DNA of 64,000 bases from an uncultured Acidobacteriota bacterium (GCA_963778755.1 CAVZVJ010000004.1:18836-82835); one strand, 5' to 3'. Numbered from the stretch's first letter, positions 9,376 through 20,853 are shown. A program made the numbers and translations. The notes: generated from the sequence alone by a model not told the origin.

Positions 9376-12300
9376 GTGCGGAGGAGAGTCGAGATTCACA
9401 CGTTGAGATACCGGGCGCTCGGCCCGATCACGGTCGAGCTCGACGGTCATGAGGCGAAATTGGGCGGTCTCCGCCAGCAGATGGTGCTCGCGGTACTGCT
9501 CCGCTCGGCCAACCGGGTCATCTCCCAGGACAACCTGATCGACTCGGTCTGGGCCGGAGAACCACCCGAAGCGGCCCGGGCCACCGTTCAGAGCTACATC
9601 TACAACCTCCGTCGCGTCCTGGGGCCTGATGCCATCCTCCGACGCGGCGATGGCTATCTGATCGAGGTCGACGCATCCACGTTCGACGTGCTCGCCTTCG
9701 AGAAGATGCGTCGAGACCGGGGCAGAGCTCTTGAGGACGGAGCCCGCCTCTGCCCGGGCAACCCTCGTTGCGGGGTTGGACCTTTGGTTCGGCAATGCCT
9801 ACGGCGGTGTCGACCACCCGGAACTCGATGCCGAGATCAGGCGTCTCGGCGAGATGCGAGTCACCGCCATCGAGACCCGAATCGAAGCCGACCTCGCCCT
9901 GGGCCGAGCCGGGGAGCTCGTGGCGGAGCTCGAGTCCCTGGTTCGGGACCATCCGCTCCGGGAGAGGTTCTGGGGCCAGCTGATGCTCGCCCTCTACCGG
10001 TCCGGGCGGCAGGCCGAGTCGCTCCGAGCCTTCCAGAGCGCCCGCGCCCATCTCGTCGACCAGCTCGGCATCGAGCCGGGTGCCGAGCTGGAGGACCTCG
10101 AGGCCCGAGTCCTCGGTCACGACCCTTCGCTGCTCCTACCCATCGAGGCCGAGGCCTCGATCGCCGGTGACCGAAGCCGTCGATCGATCCGTGGATATGA
10201 GCTGCGCGATGTAATCGGCTCAGGGGAGTTCGGTGTCGTCCACAGGGCCTATCAGCCATCGATCGGACGGGAAGTGGCTATCAAGGTCATTCGGGCCGAC
10301 AGCTCTAACGACCTTGCTTTCGTGAGTCGCTTCGAGAGAGAGGCGCAAAGGGTGGCCAACCTCGAGCATCCCCACGTGCTGCCGCTCTACGACTACTGGA
10401 GAGACCCGAGTGGCGCATATCTCGTGATGCCTCTGATGCGTGGGGGCAGCCTCGAGGACTCACTACGCGGAGGCGGTTGGAACCTCGAGCCGGCACTGCG
10501 ACTCCTCGACCAGGTGGGTGGCGCACTGGCGTATGCCCACCGCCGGGGGATGGTGCATCGCGACCTGAAGACGAGCAACGTCCTCCTCGACGAGGACGGC
10601 AACGCCTATCTATCCGACTTCGGGATAGCGGCACCCATCCCCGGGAACGCCGAATCGACGTCGAAAAGGCTGCTCTCTCCCGAGGAGGCCTCAGGTAAGG
10701 AGGCGACGTTGCGCACCGACATCTTCGCGCTCGGCGCCCTCACCTTCGAGCTCCTCGCAGGCGTGTCCCCATCAGGTTCGTCGCACATACCCGATCTGCG
10801 AGAGGCCCGTCAGGACATACCCGAGACGGTCGCGGCGGTCGTGGCGAGGGCGATGGCGACCGACCCGAGGGAGCGTTATCTCAAAGTCGACGAGTACTTG
10901 CGCGAGATTCGCCGTTCGGCCGGTGTCGACGTCGTCGCCGCTCCCGGGGTCGTGGCGACGCCGTCGGAGCCGATTCGCAATCCCTACAAGGGCTTGCGCG
11001 CATTCGCCGAGGACGACGCCGTTGACTTCCACGGCCGTGGAGCCCTGATCGAAGACCTGATGGCAGCGAATCGCCTCCCACCGGTTGGTCACCGTCGTCG
11101 GCCCCTCCGGGAGTGGGAAGTCCTCTGTCGTCCGTGCAGGGCTGATCCCTGCCCTGAGGGCAGGGATCCTCACCGACTCTCGTGACTGGCTTGTGACGGA
11201 CATGTTCCCGGGCTCGTATCCATTCGAGGAGCTGGAGGCAGCCCTGTCCCGTGTGGCGGTGCGAACGCCGGTGGGGATGCTCGCCGAGCTGAGCCAGCCC
11301 AACGGGCTGCTCAGGGTGAGCAAGCAGATCCTCCCCGGCGACGACTCCACCCTCCTGATCGTCATCGACCAATTCGAAGAGCTCTTCTCGACGGTCCGCT
11401 CCGAAGAGACCCGTCGCAGTTTCCTGGAGAACCTCATATCCGTAGCCGCCGACGAGCGGAGCCGGGTCAGGGTGGTGGCGACCATCCGCGCCGACTTCCT
11501 CGACCGTCCTCTGGCATACGCGGACTTCGCCGAAGCGATCGCCGATGGCATTGTTACCGTAGGGCCACCGACGCGGGATGGGTTAGCCCAGGCAGTCTCG
11601 GCTCCGGCCCGGATCGTGGGGTTGGACCTCGAGCCGGGGTTGGTGGGCCGCATCATTTCCGACGTCGAAGGCCAGCCGGGGGCCCTTCCCCTACTCCAAT
11701 ACGCCCTGACTGAGATGTTCTCTCACCGGGACGGGTCGACCCTGACCATCGCCGGGTACGAGGCCACCGGCGGCGTCGCCGGAGCCCTGGGCCGACGGGC
11801 GGAGGAGCTGTACGAGGGGTTGACCCCGGCGGGCATGCTGGCGACACGCGAAGTCTTCCTCCGTCTGGTGACAGTCGACGAGTTGGGCACCGTGACCCGG
11901 CGACACGCCCGACAGGCAGAGCTCGTGTCCCTCGCGGTCGACCGCGGCGGGCTCGAGTCTGTGTTGAAGGCCTTCGCCGGCTTCAGACTGCTCACCTTCG
12001 ACCGGGACCCGGTGACTCGTGGACCGACGGTGGAGGTCGCCCACGAGGCTCTTCTCAACGAGTGGCCGAGGCTTCACGGCTGGATCGAAGACGCCCGAGA
12101 GTCCCTCGTCCTGGCGCGCCGCGTAGGCGAGTCGGCTCAGGAGTGGGTCGAGTCGAAACGAAGACCCAAGCTATCTGCTTCGCGGTGTGCGTCTCGAGGA
12201 CGTCGAGACCTGGGTGTCGCGAGCAGACGTGGTGCTGACCAGCGACGAGTCCCGGTACATAGCGGCGAGCATCACACAGCGCGAAGCCGAGGTAGGGGCA

Positions 12301-14553
12301 GCCCGGAGACGCCGAAGACGAACGGTCGCAGCCCTCACCGCTGGCCTGGTGCTCGTGAGTGCCCTGGCCACCATCGCGTTCTGGCAGAGAGGCGTGGCCC
12401 AAGAGGAGGCTCTACAGGCTCGCGCCCGAGAGTTGGCGGCGGCTGCGGAAGGGCAAATCGGGCAAAACCGGGAGCTCGCCCTCCTCATCGCCGCCGAGGC
12501 GTTCGACGCCTCCGTACGCGGGGGGGCACAGCCAACCACGGAGGCAGTGAGCGCCATGGCGCAGGCGATCCAAGATTGGCGGCTCGTTTCCCGTTTTCCG
12601 GCAGGGCCGCTCGTTTATCCAGACGTCTCACCGGACGGATCGCTGGTCGCAGTCGCATCCAAGACCGCTCCGCGCGATGTAGACGTATTCAGTGTCGACG
12701 GGTCCTTGATCGGGACACTGCACGGCCCCGACGATCCCACGGTGGCCGCCTGGCAGGTGGATTTCAGCCCGAACGGCGAGACGATCACCGTCACCTACGC
12801 CGCTCCCGCCAATGTTGACGCCTTCGGGACGGTCCCTGACGGTATCCCAGACGTCCGGATCTTCGACCTGGCCACCATGTCCAGCATCCTGGATCTTGAC
12901 ACCGACCATGGTTGGCAATACGTCGCGCACGACCTCGACGGCACCCGGCTGGCGCTCTCGTTTGGCAGCGAAGTACGGATACTCGACGCTGTCGATGGAA
13001 GCGAAATCTCCAGGATCGAAGCGTCGTCGCAAGTCGGTCGCGCCCAGTTCCTCGACGACGACACCATTTTGGTGCCGATCGAGGGCTCCGGCTTCACCAT
13101 CTTCTCCGCCTCCGACGGCTCGATGGGAGACCATCTCGAAGTCGCCGAACTTCATCCAGAAATCACTGCTGTCAACGACCTACGAACCCACGTCGCCTAT
13201 CGGGACGGAGAACAGGTTCGGGTCACAGAGCTCGCCACCGGTGAGACGACTTACGAACAGACGGCCCCGTCAACGCAGGCCCTAGCCCTTAACCCCGACG
13301 CAACCCGCCTCGCCCACTCCGGATTCGACCCGAACATCTACGTCGTGGCTCTTGGCGAAGGCGAGACGGAGCTGGAGCTGACAGGGATATTGGAAAACGT
13401 GTTTTCGCTCTCATTCATCGGAGACAAGCAGCTCCTCTCCTATGGAGAAGATGCGCTGCTGTGGGACGTCTCACCGGAAGGCGTGAGTGAACTGGGCGGC
13501 ATCCCCTTGTTGGAACTGCAGTGGGGATACCAGATGTCCGACGATGAACGGTGGCTCGCCTACTTCGTGTCGACCAACAGCGGTCTACCAACTGGCGACC
13601 CGGTGGACGGTCTGAGACTGATAGACCTCACCACCGGTGAGGAGACGGTGATCAGCCAGGGAGAGTGGAACTCCGTGCCTGCCGGGGTTCGCGTGGTGAG
13701 CTCCGATTTCACGAGGGTCGGCTCCCTCACTCTGGACGGAGTCTCCACCATGCGAAGCCTCCCCACCTGGGATATGGAGAGGGAGTTCGACGCCTGTCGA
13801 ACGCCACTGGCGGTCACGCCCGACAACGGCCGCGCCGTTCTCTCGGGATGGAGCTGTGCCGATCAGGCCATGCCCGACTCGGCCCGGAGCTCGGTCGTCG
13901 ACCTCCGCTCGGGGGAGGAGATCTTCTCCCTTTCCAACCAGACGCTGTTCTCGGCAGAGTTCAATCCTGAAGGAGCCTTCGAAGCGGGAACCCTCCTGGC
14001 CGCTACCGATCAGATGTCTGTCGGGGTGTGGGACGTGAGCGATGGAAGTCTGCTCGGCAGTCTCGACAGAACCGTGCACGACGAGTTCGGCAACATCCTC
14101 GTCGTGTCTTTCGATCCCAGCGGACGCTATCTCGTTGGTGGGACCACCAGTGGCGCGGTTTGGGTCGCCGACCTGGAGCGAGTGGTCGCCGGCGAAGACA
14201 TGGCCGACGCGCTCGTATTCAATCGGCAGGCACACACCGGTGCAGCACCCGTGCCCGCCATGAATGGCGAGGGCGTGGTGGGCACCGCCGGATTCGACGG
14301 CATGGTGCGGCTCTGGGACCTCGACTCCGAAGACTTGATCCTCGAGTTCGAGTCGGACGTTGGGATCCCGGTGGTCCGCTTCTCTCCCGATGGCACCGAG
14401 CTCCTCTATCCCCACGGGCTCAGTATCCGACGCATGCCCGTCGATCCGTCCCAGCTACGTGCCCTCGCCGCCGACCTCCTCACCCGCGACTTCCTACCCG
14501 ACGAGTGTGCGCGTTATGCCACGGCGGACCGATGCGAGACAGTGAGCGGATAA
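9376..14553 (+). pseudogene. giant SARP(OmpR-wHTH)-BTAD / Ser-Thr protein kinase / STAND P-loop NTPase / TM / beta-propeller protein, with the reading frame broken three times (+1 each)
   Basis: There are four colinear ORF pieces. Frame 1 to ~9710 reads LRYRALGPITVELDG...QSYIYNLRRVLG. Frame 2 to ~11068 carries BTAD (LDLWFGNAYGG...RERFWGQLMLALYRSGRQAESL) and a kinase (GSGEFGVV, AIKV, HRDLKTSN, DFG). Frame 3 to ~12160 carries VTVVGPSGSGKSSVVRAGLIPAL. Frame 1 to 14553 reads DPSYLLRGVRLEDVETW, then the TM TVAALTAGLVLVSALATIAFW, then PD40/WD40-like repeats. The start is uncertain (GTG 9376 or TTG 9403). Confidence 0.75.
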
Positions 14554-14638
14554 TCGAGGGGCTAAGTCCCGCGGACCCGCCAGAACAGCCGGGCGCGCTT
14601 GGCCATAAGAGGCCCGATCAGCCCAAGGGCGGCTCGCT

Positions 14639-15766
14639 CTACGGGAAGTCGTTCCGGGCGCGGATGACCAGGTCCACCATGTTCGAGCCTCCGCTGGCAC
14701 CGTTGTTCGAGGCGTTCTGCCAACTCTGGTCTGCGACGACCCGGGGCCACGGCTCGCCTGACCACCACCCGAAGAACGGACCGCCGGACTGGCCCGGCCA
14801 GACGTCCGCCTGGTGGTACATCGCCTGGTTGGTCCCCGGCTGGGTGTCGTCACCGTTCAGGCTGAAGCTGCCCTGGAACGACGGGCGGGTGCCCGAAGCG
14901 AGGTCACCTGGATAGCCGATGTGGCTCCAGTAGTTGCCTCCATCCCAGCCGTCGTCGTAGGTACGCGAGCCCATCCAGCCGGTGAGGTCACCCATCCGCC
15001 GGTCGAGCACCACGACCACATAGTCATTGCGTGCCTCGGTGCCGTCGATGGTGGGGCCGTTGACCTGCTGCTGCCAGTAGATGTGCGACCCCCATGCAGC
15101 GCCAAACGGCTGGCTGCCGTCGAAGTAGGACGGCATGAACTTGATCCACCCCGCAACGTAGGGATTCGGGTTAGCGATCCACTGGATCGTGTGGCTGCAG
15201 GTGAGCAGGTGCCGTGGCCCGACCATCACGCCGGACGCATAACCCCCGGCCGACGTCTCAACGCGCCCGGCGGTGCACCACGGAAAGGCCGTGTCGCTGA
15301 ACGTATAGCGGTTGTCCGGTGCGAAAACCGTTGTCGCCCAGCGTGTCTCAGGATCATCAGCGGCCAACGTGTTGATCTTCTTGCGGATGGCCAGTCGCTT
15401 GTCGAGCTTCTCTGGCCGGACCCGCAGGGCGAGGTGGTCAGGTAGGAAACCCACCAACGACTCGCGGTGCCCCTCCTCGTCGAGCAGGTCCCGGCGGGTG
15501 GGCAGTCTCGTCCCCTCCATCCCCGGACCAAACACGTGCGTGCCCAGTGCGGCGCGAGCCACCTCGACATCGATCTTGAACACCGGCGTCTCCTCATCGC
15601 TGGTGTAGATGGGTTGGACCAGCTCGATGTGCCGGGTCTCAAGGTGCGGCTCGCGGCCAGCCAGAAACAGCGTCTGGGTCAGCGATACGTCAGGCATCGG
15701 CGTGAGCGCCTCGCGCGCCTCGACCATCCTGGTGAGCGCCGCGTATTTGATTGGTGCCTCAGTCAT
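14639..15766 (-). CDS. trypsin-fold serine protease (V8/Glu-endopeptidase-like, S1B) with a ~140-aa N-terminal extension and no signal peptide
   Basis: The catalytic triad contexts are LLTCSHT (His), NDYVVVVLD (Asp) and WPGQSGGPFFG (Ser). The N-terminus MTEAPIKYAALTRMVEAREAL is not hydrophobic. Confidence 0.8.
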   Translation of the reverse strand: MTEAPIKYAALTRMVEAREALTPMPDVSLTQTLFLAGREPHLETRHIELVQPIYTSDEETPVFKIDVEVARAALGTHVFGPGMEGTRLPTRRDLLDEEGHRESLVGFLPDHLALRVRPEKLDKRLAIRKKINTLAADDPETRWATTVFAPDNRYTFSDTAFPWCTAGRVETSAGGYASGVMVGPRHLLTCSHTIQWIANPNPYVAGWIKFMPSYFDGSQPFGAAWGSHIYWQQQVNGPTIDGTEARNDYVVVVLDRRMGDLTGWMGSRTYDDGWDGGNYWSHIGYPGDLASGTRPSFQGSFSLNGDDTQPGTNQAMYHQADVWPGQSGGPFFGWWSGEPWPRVVADQSWQNASNNGASGGSNMVDLVIRARNDFP

Positions 15767-16184
15767 GACTCCTCACTTTCCCGCCGGGAGCTCCCGGTCG
15801 GTCGGATGGACATCGACATTTAGGTCGGCGATCTGCATCGCCCGATTCATTCCGTAGGCGCCGCCCTGGGGCATCGCTGCACCCACGACCCGCGCCTGCT
15901 CGATGCGATGGTTTCAATGCCCATCTATACCGCGCCATGGATGGTTGGGCTATGACCAGTGTTGGCAGGTTTCTGCCAGATTTGGCGGTAACAAGCGTCC
16001 ACAAAGACGCGTATTCGCTGAAAAACGTGTCGCAGCGCGCCCTCACGCTCCGGGGAGGGTCAGATCTAGTCGTAGCAAGTGCTCAGGCTCGGTTGACGTA
16101 CGTTCGGACGATGGATGTCGCCTGCCATAGCTTGGCGTTCGACCCAACTCGTCCCGTTTCTCAAAACGAGTCTGCCTCACCCGT

Positions 16185-17171
16185 ATGCTCGGTGAAGTGA
16201 CCGCTCCCTCGTGGCGTCTCCTCGATATCGCCGACTCCCGGATCGACCTCGTGATTGACCACAGCCCCGGACTGGTCACGATCGGAGGGTTTAGAGATCG
16301 ACCCTTTCTCGCTCTGGCTGACGACCGGGGCATCGTCGAGGAGTTGGTCATTCCTCCAGCTGCGGCCGTGTACGGCCCACCCCGCTCGGTCAGATGGGGC
16401 GAAGGCGGGCTCCTCGGCGTCTGTGGTCCCACCGGACTCTGGCACCAGGATGCGTCCCGGAAGACCACCGTCCCTGAGCTCCCGACAGATGAGGAAGGGA
16501 ACACCGCCGAATGGCTATGGGTGACGTCCGGTGACGGGGAACTCCGAGTGGTCGCGGATTATCCGACCGATCGCGGCAGGGAGCTCCGGATCTGGGACGA
16601 CCAGCTGCGTCTGCTCACACGAGAGCGGAGCCTCTACTTGCTCGACGATCCACGTGAGCTTCATGTCTCTGCATTCGCAGGTCGTGTGGTGGTCTGTGGT
16701 CCGGTCGGGGAGGCCCCGCCTGCATCGCTCACCATGTGGTGGACCCGCACCTACCAAGCGCCGGCGTTTGATCTCGAGTCCGCGCATCCACGCTGGGAGC
16801 AGGTATCAATGGCGCCTGCCCCCGATCTTGTCACCCACGGTCTCGACTGGGACGCGGCGGCTTTTTTCGCCGGCGTGGTGGGTGGGAAAGCAGCGGTATG
16901 GGACCAGGACGGAGAGTTGCGGCACACAATGGATATCACGATCGATTCGAACGCTCCCTTGGTCATCCTCGCCGAAGCGCCACCCGACGATGACTTGACC
17001 TCCACAGCGGTACAGGCGGCCACCGGCGGTGTGTTGGTTCATGCCGGCGAGTCGTATCCGATGCCGAAAGGGACACTGACCAGCGCCGTGTTGAATCGCG
17101 GCTTCGACCGCCCGCGGTGTTTCGCCGTAGTCGACGGAGATCTCCACGTGATGGAACTCTCATACGACTGA
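16185..17171 (+). CDS. hypothetical protein
   Basis: A 328-aa ORF with an ATG start and protein-like composition. No motif was recognised. Confidence 0.55.
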   Translation: MLGEVTAPSWRLLDIADSRIDLVIDHSPGLVTIGGFRDRPFLALADDRGIVEELVIPPAAAVYGPPRSVRWGEGGLLGVCGPTGLWHQDASRKTTVPELPTDEEGNTAEWLWVTSGDGELRVVADYPTDRGRELRIWDDQLRLLTRERSLYLLDDPRELHVSAFAGRVVVCGPVGEAPPASLTMWWTRTYQAPAFDLESAHPRWEQVSMAPAPDLVTHGLDWDAAAFFAGVVGGKAAVWDQDGELRHTMDITIDSNAPLVILAEAPPDDDLTSTAVQAATGGVLVHAGESYPMPKGTLTSAVLNRGFDRPRCFAVVDGDLHVMELSYD

Positions 17172-17236
17172 CGTCCAACTCAAACACGACCCCGTCTCGC
17201 TGGACCTCGAGTAACGGCCTTGGCTAAACCGGTCTA

Positions 17237-17734
17237 TTACGCCTGCATGCCCGCAGTCGTCGTAACCACCTGTTCGGCGAAAGTCTGGACCTTGGATTCC
17301 CACCCGTCTTCGAGCGGTCCTCTGATCGCGGTCACCAGGATCCTGTCTTCAGCAATCTTGGTCAGTCCGGCAGTCTGCAACAGCTCATTGATGATCGGGC
17401 GCACCCTTTGCCACTTGGCCTGTTCTTCCTCTGTAGGTAGGGCTCCGGTTTCCTTGTCCGGGCGTGGGGCGAGCTCGGTCGTCAGAACGGCGCACTTCGT
17501 TCCGGCTGGCAGCTTCAATTCGCCCAAGAAGCGGCGCACCTTCTTGATCGGCTTTCCCCACTGTCCAGGCGAGCTGAAAACGTAGAGGTCCGCCTGGGGC
17601 ATCTGCTTGGGGTTCGCATCGCGGATGTGATGGACGTTGACCGTCGCGCCGAGCAGTGCAGAACGCCTTCTGAACTCCTCTGCCACCTTCGCGCCGTTGC
17701 CGAATCTGGAGGCGTGGTAGTACTCGATTATCAC
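17237..17734 (-). CDS. flavodoxin-like fold protein
   Basis: Reads MIIEYYHASRFGNGAKVAEEF...ADLYVFSSPGQWGKP. Its ATG overlaps the stop of the upstream hydrolase (ATGA at 17731-17734). Confidence 0.7.
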   Translation of the reverse strand: MIIEYYHASRFGNGAKVAEEFRRRSALLGATVNVHHIRDANPKQMPQADLYVFSSPGQWGKPIKKVRRFLGELKLPAGTKCAVLTTELAPRPDKETGALPTEEEQAKWQRVRPIINELLQTAGLTKIAEDRILVTAIRGPLEDGWESKVQTFAEQVVTTTAGMQA

Positions 17735-18726
17735 TGCATGACTCCTTCCCGGGCCGCCTTCGGCCTCGACTGGTCACCTCCGGCCTCGACCAGGCTTTCA
17801 TCGTCCCGAATACGGCCGACGAATGAGTCGACTTCGCTTCGTATCCGTGCGGCCTGTCCCAGCCCGAGATGGCCTCCCGACTCCAGCGTGACCAGGATCG
17901 AACCGGGGATGCGTTCTGCTGCCTCGGCAGCTGCCTGGTAGCGGACCAGAGGGTCGTCCCTGGCGTGGATGAGCAGGGTCGGCACGTTCAACTGTTCGAG
18001 CGGATAGCCGTTTACGTCGGGGTTGGAGGTGAAGGCGTCGAAGTCGATGCCGCGAGCCTTGGCGGCGATGGGGAAGAAGCTGTCGATGAACTCGGACACG
18101 AAGCGGTCATCCTCAGCGCTGAGCCGGAAGCCTGTGGGGACGCCCGCCAAGCGGGCGAGGAAACGTCGGTTCAAGACCTTGAGCGTCCATATCGGCAGAT
18201 CCCTGTTGAGGAACCTGGCCCATTGCGGTTGGGCAACCGCCGTCGTGCTGCCCGGCAGGTTCCCCGAGATGATCACCAGGTGGTCTACCCGGGAAGGGTG
18301 ACGAAGGGCGAACTGCAGCGAGGCAGTGGCGCCAGCGGAGACACCCACCACATCGGTCCGGTCCAATCCCAGGTGGTCGAGCACGGAGACGAAGGCGTCC
18401 GCCTGGTACGCCGGGGTGGCGGCAGGAGGCAAGGCAGATCCGAGGTAGCCAAATCGCGACAGGGCGATCACAAGGCGTCCGGGCAGCAAAGCGCGCACCG
18501 AAAGGAGAGCACCGTCGCAACCTTGGAAGATGCCATGACTCACCAGCATCGGTTCACCGGTGCCACGCACCACGTACTCGACGGGGCCGAACGGTGTCGA
18601 GATGACTTCCCGCTCGACCGCATCGAGACGTTGCTGTGCTTCTCTCAGGTCGCGCCGGTAGCGGGAGACAGCGCATGCTCCGATGCCGGCCAGCATTGCG
18701 CTTGCGATCAGACGTGACCTAGCCAC
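17731..18726 (-). CDS. alpha/beta hydrolase
   Basis: Has HGIFQG, the nucleophile elbow VVGVSAGA, HARDDPLV and a C-terminal SGGHLG. Confidence 0.85.
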   Translation of the reverse strand: MARSRLIASAMLAGIGACAVSRYRRDLREAQQRLDAVEREVISTPFGPVEYVVRGTGEPMLVSHGIFQGCDGALLSVRALLPGRLVIALSRFGYLGSALPPAATPAYQADAFVSVLDHLGLDRTDVVGVSAGATASLQFALRHPSRVDHLVIISGNLPGSTTAVAQPQWARFLNRDLPIWTLKVLNRRFLARLAGVPTGFRLSAEDDRFVSEFIDSFFPIAAKARGIDFDAFTSNPDVNGYPLEQLNVPTLLIHARDDPLVRYQAAAEAAERIPGSILVTLESGGHLGLGQAARIRSEVDSFVGRIRDDESLVEAGGDQSRPKAAREGVMQ

Positions 18727-18829
18727 AACTCCATCGTGTCATCCGGACGAGGCCAGACCCAGAGGAAAAAGACCCTTAGGCGCCGACGATGGATACCCGT
18801 TGGGCTCGGTGAGAAGACCGCTGGCGGAT

Positions 18830-20853
18830 CTAGGCCCCCCACCCGATGAGATGCCACACGGCGAGCTGGCCGACAACCATCAGTGCCGCGACAGCCAGCG
18901 CTGCGTACTCGCTTTTCACCAGCTTCGGCCACCAGCCTCTGAGCCATCCCACAACTACAAGAACCAGCGTCAAGCCGCCGAGAATGCTCAAGGCCAGCGG
19001 CAGGTGCATCGCGAGCCGCTCGACCAGCGGCAGCTGGAGCCAGCCCAGGAAACCGGAGTCGATGAGTCCGGGCATCCACACAATCAGGGCCACGGTCGTC
19101 AGCGTGATCAGGGCCAGGAACGTGGCGACCGTCGCCGAGATCCGCGGCCACAGCTGGGAGGCGGCCGGGACCGGGGTTGCGCCGGAGCGCGAGCGAGATC
19201 GGCGGAGGGCTCGAACTGCGGCAGCGATGAGCCAGGCGGCGGCCAGGACCGCGGCGGTCACGAGGATCGCCCACTGCCATGGTGCGGGACCGCCAGTGAG
19301 GCGCACCATCCTGATGCTTCGCCATGTCGGCACCGGACCCGAGAGGTCGAGCGTCTCACCATTCTCGGCGAGAAAGACACCGGGCGCGACCTCGACGAGA
19401 CGAAAACGTTCGAGCGTCCCATCCTCGTTGGCCTCGAAGTAGGGAGCACCGCCCTCCATCCAGAACCGGGCTGCAGGGGCGGTGGGGTCGATCACACCCC
19501 AAGAAGGCGCACCGTACGCTCCGACGGCAGGGAACCAACGCTCAGCTTCGTCACCGGTCGGATCCATGGCAGTGCTCTCGACCAGGGCTGCCAGGTCCGC
19601 CGGAGGCTGGAAGGAACCGCTCGGTTCCTGGGCCGAGACACGATCCGGAAGCCCCAGCAGCCGGTCGTGGTAGGGGCCGGGCGCTGCCAGCAGGTCACCG
19701 AGGATCGACAGCGCCAGGTCGCCCTGCAATTGGTGGTCCTCGGAGTTGGTGAGGACCGCGATCCCGATCCCCAACTGGGGGGCCCACCATATGTCGGAGA
19801 GGAATCCGTAGCCACCGCCGCCATGGTTGAAGAGATCCGGTGCCTGCCGCCAGCGGTTCCAGCGATGCCGAGTAACCCCAAGTGCGTATCCCGCCGGCGC
19901 GCCGGCGTACGGCGCTGGGACGACTCGCATCTCTTCCATCGACTGTGGGTCGAGGACTGCCATGCCGTCGATCGAGCCGTCGTTGAGCTGGAAGCGGAGA
20001 AACCGGGCCAGGTCGGTGGCGCTCGAGTACATGCCACCTGCGGCCGTCATCGGCTCGTAAGAGCGGCGGGGCAGGAAAAGGATCTGCGTGGCCCACCGCC
20101 CGGTTGTCGGCCGAGCGAATCGCCGACCGATCGAAGGTGCTGCGGCCCATCCCCAGCGGGTCGAGCAGGGAGTCGTGCATGACCTCGAGGGAACGGCTTG
20201 CCTTCGACCTGTTCGAGGATGTGGCCGGCCACGTCGATTCCGAGATTGGAGTAGGCGTATCCGTTACCGACCGGGAAACGCAACCAGGTGTCGGAGATGC
20301 TGCGGACGTGTGCCTCGAACTCGCCAGGGTCGAGCTCGTTGTTGTTTCCCACGGGCGCCTCCATGGTGAAGCCTGCGGTGTGGCTGAGGAGCATCCGAAG
20401 TGTGATCTTCCGCTCCGGGTGCTCCTCGAAGGCGCTGTGAACGGTGAACTCGGGCAGGTAAGTCGTGATCGGCTCGTCGAGGTCCAGCTGGCCGGACGCG
20501 ACCGCCTGCATGACCGCGGTCGCCGTGAACAGCTTCGACATCGACTGGATGCTGAAGATCGTGTCGGGGGTGACCTCGGCGGAGTCCGGTCCATCGAGAT
20601 GGCCGAATCCCTCGACCCACAACACCTGATCAGCGTCGACGAGGGCAACGGCGAGACCGGGGATCCCCTGTTCCGCCATCAGGCCCGGGATGCGAGCCCG
20701 GTACTCCTCGATCACCGCTGCCGCCGCATCCGCCCCAAGGGTGTCTCCCTGCGAGCCCGACGCAGGGATCGGACCTGCAACGGAGAACGCCAGAGCCGCA
20801 GCGACGGCACCAATCATGCATCGACGAAGCGGTGGCGCAGGGGCATCAATCAT
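18830..20853 (-). pseudogene. serine hydrolase (beta-lactamase / PBP family) with a C-terminal 4-TM domain, with the frame broken twice (+1 each)
   Basis: SMSK (SxxK) and YSN motifs lie in ORF 20047..20853. The sequence continues as LEVMHDSLLDPLGMGRSTF in a second frame (~20190-20065) and as SYEPMTAAGGMYSSATDLARFL...HGGGGYGF in ORF 18830..20050. The tail has four hydrophobic helices. Confidence 0.75.

Noticed and set aside
9701-12164. Programmed +1 ribosomal frameshifting as an explanation for the frame breaks
   Set aside because: Nine sites in six unrelated genes share no slippery motif or downstream structure. Sequencing insertions or real mutations are far more parsimonious.
14028-14915. 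295-aa plus-strand ORF overlapping the end of the propeller region and the protease gene
   Set aside because: It is extremely Arg-rich (RRRRHGRRARIQ...), consistent with out-of-frame translation of GC-rich coding DNA.
18683-20182. 499-aa ORF antisense to the beta-lactamase-family gene
   Set aside because: It is Arg/Gly/Pro-rich low-complexity sequence. The opposite strand has SxxK/YSN motifs and TM helices.
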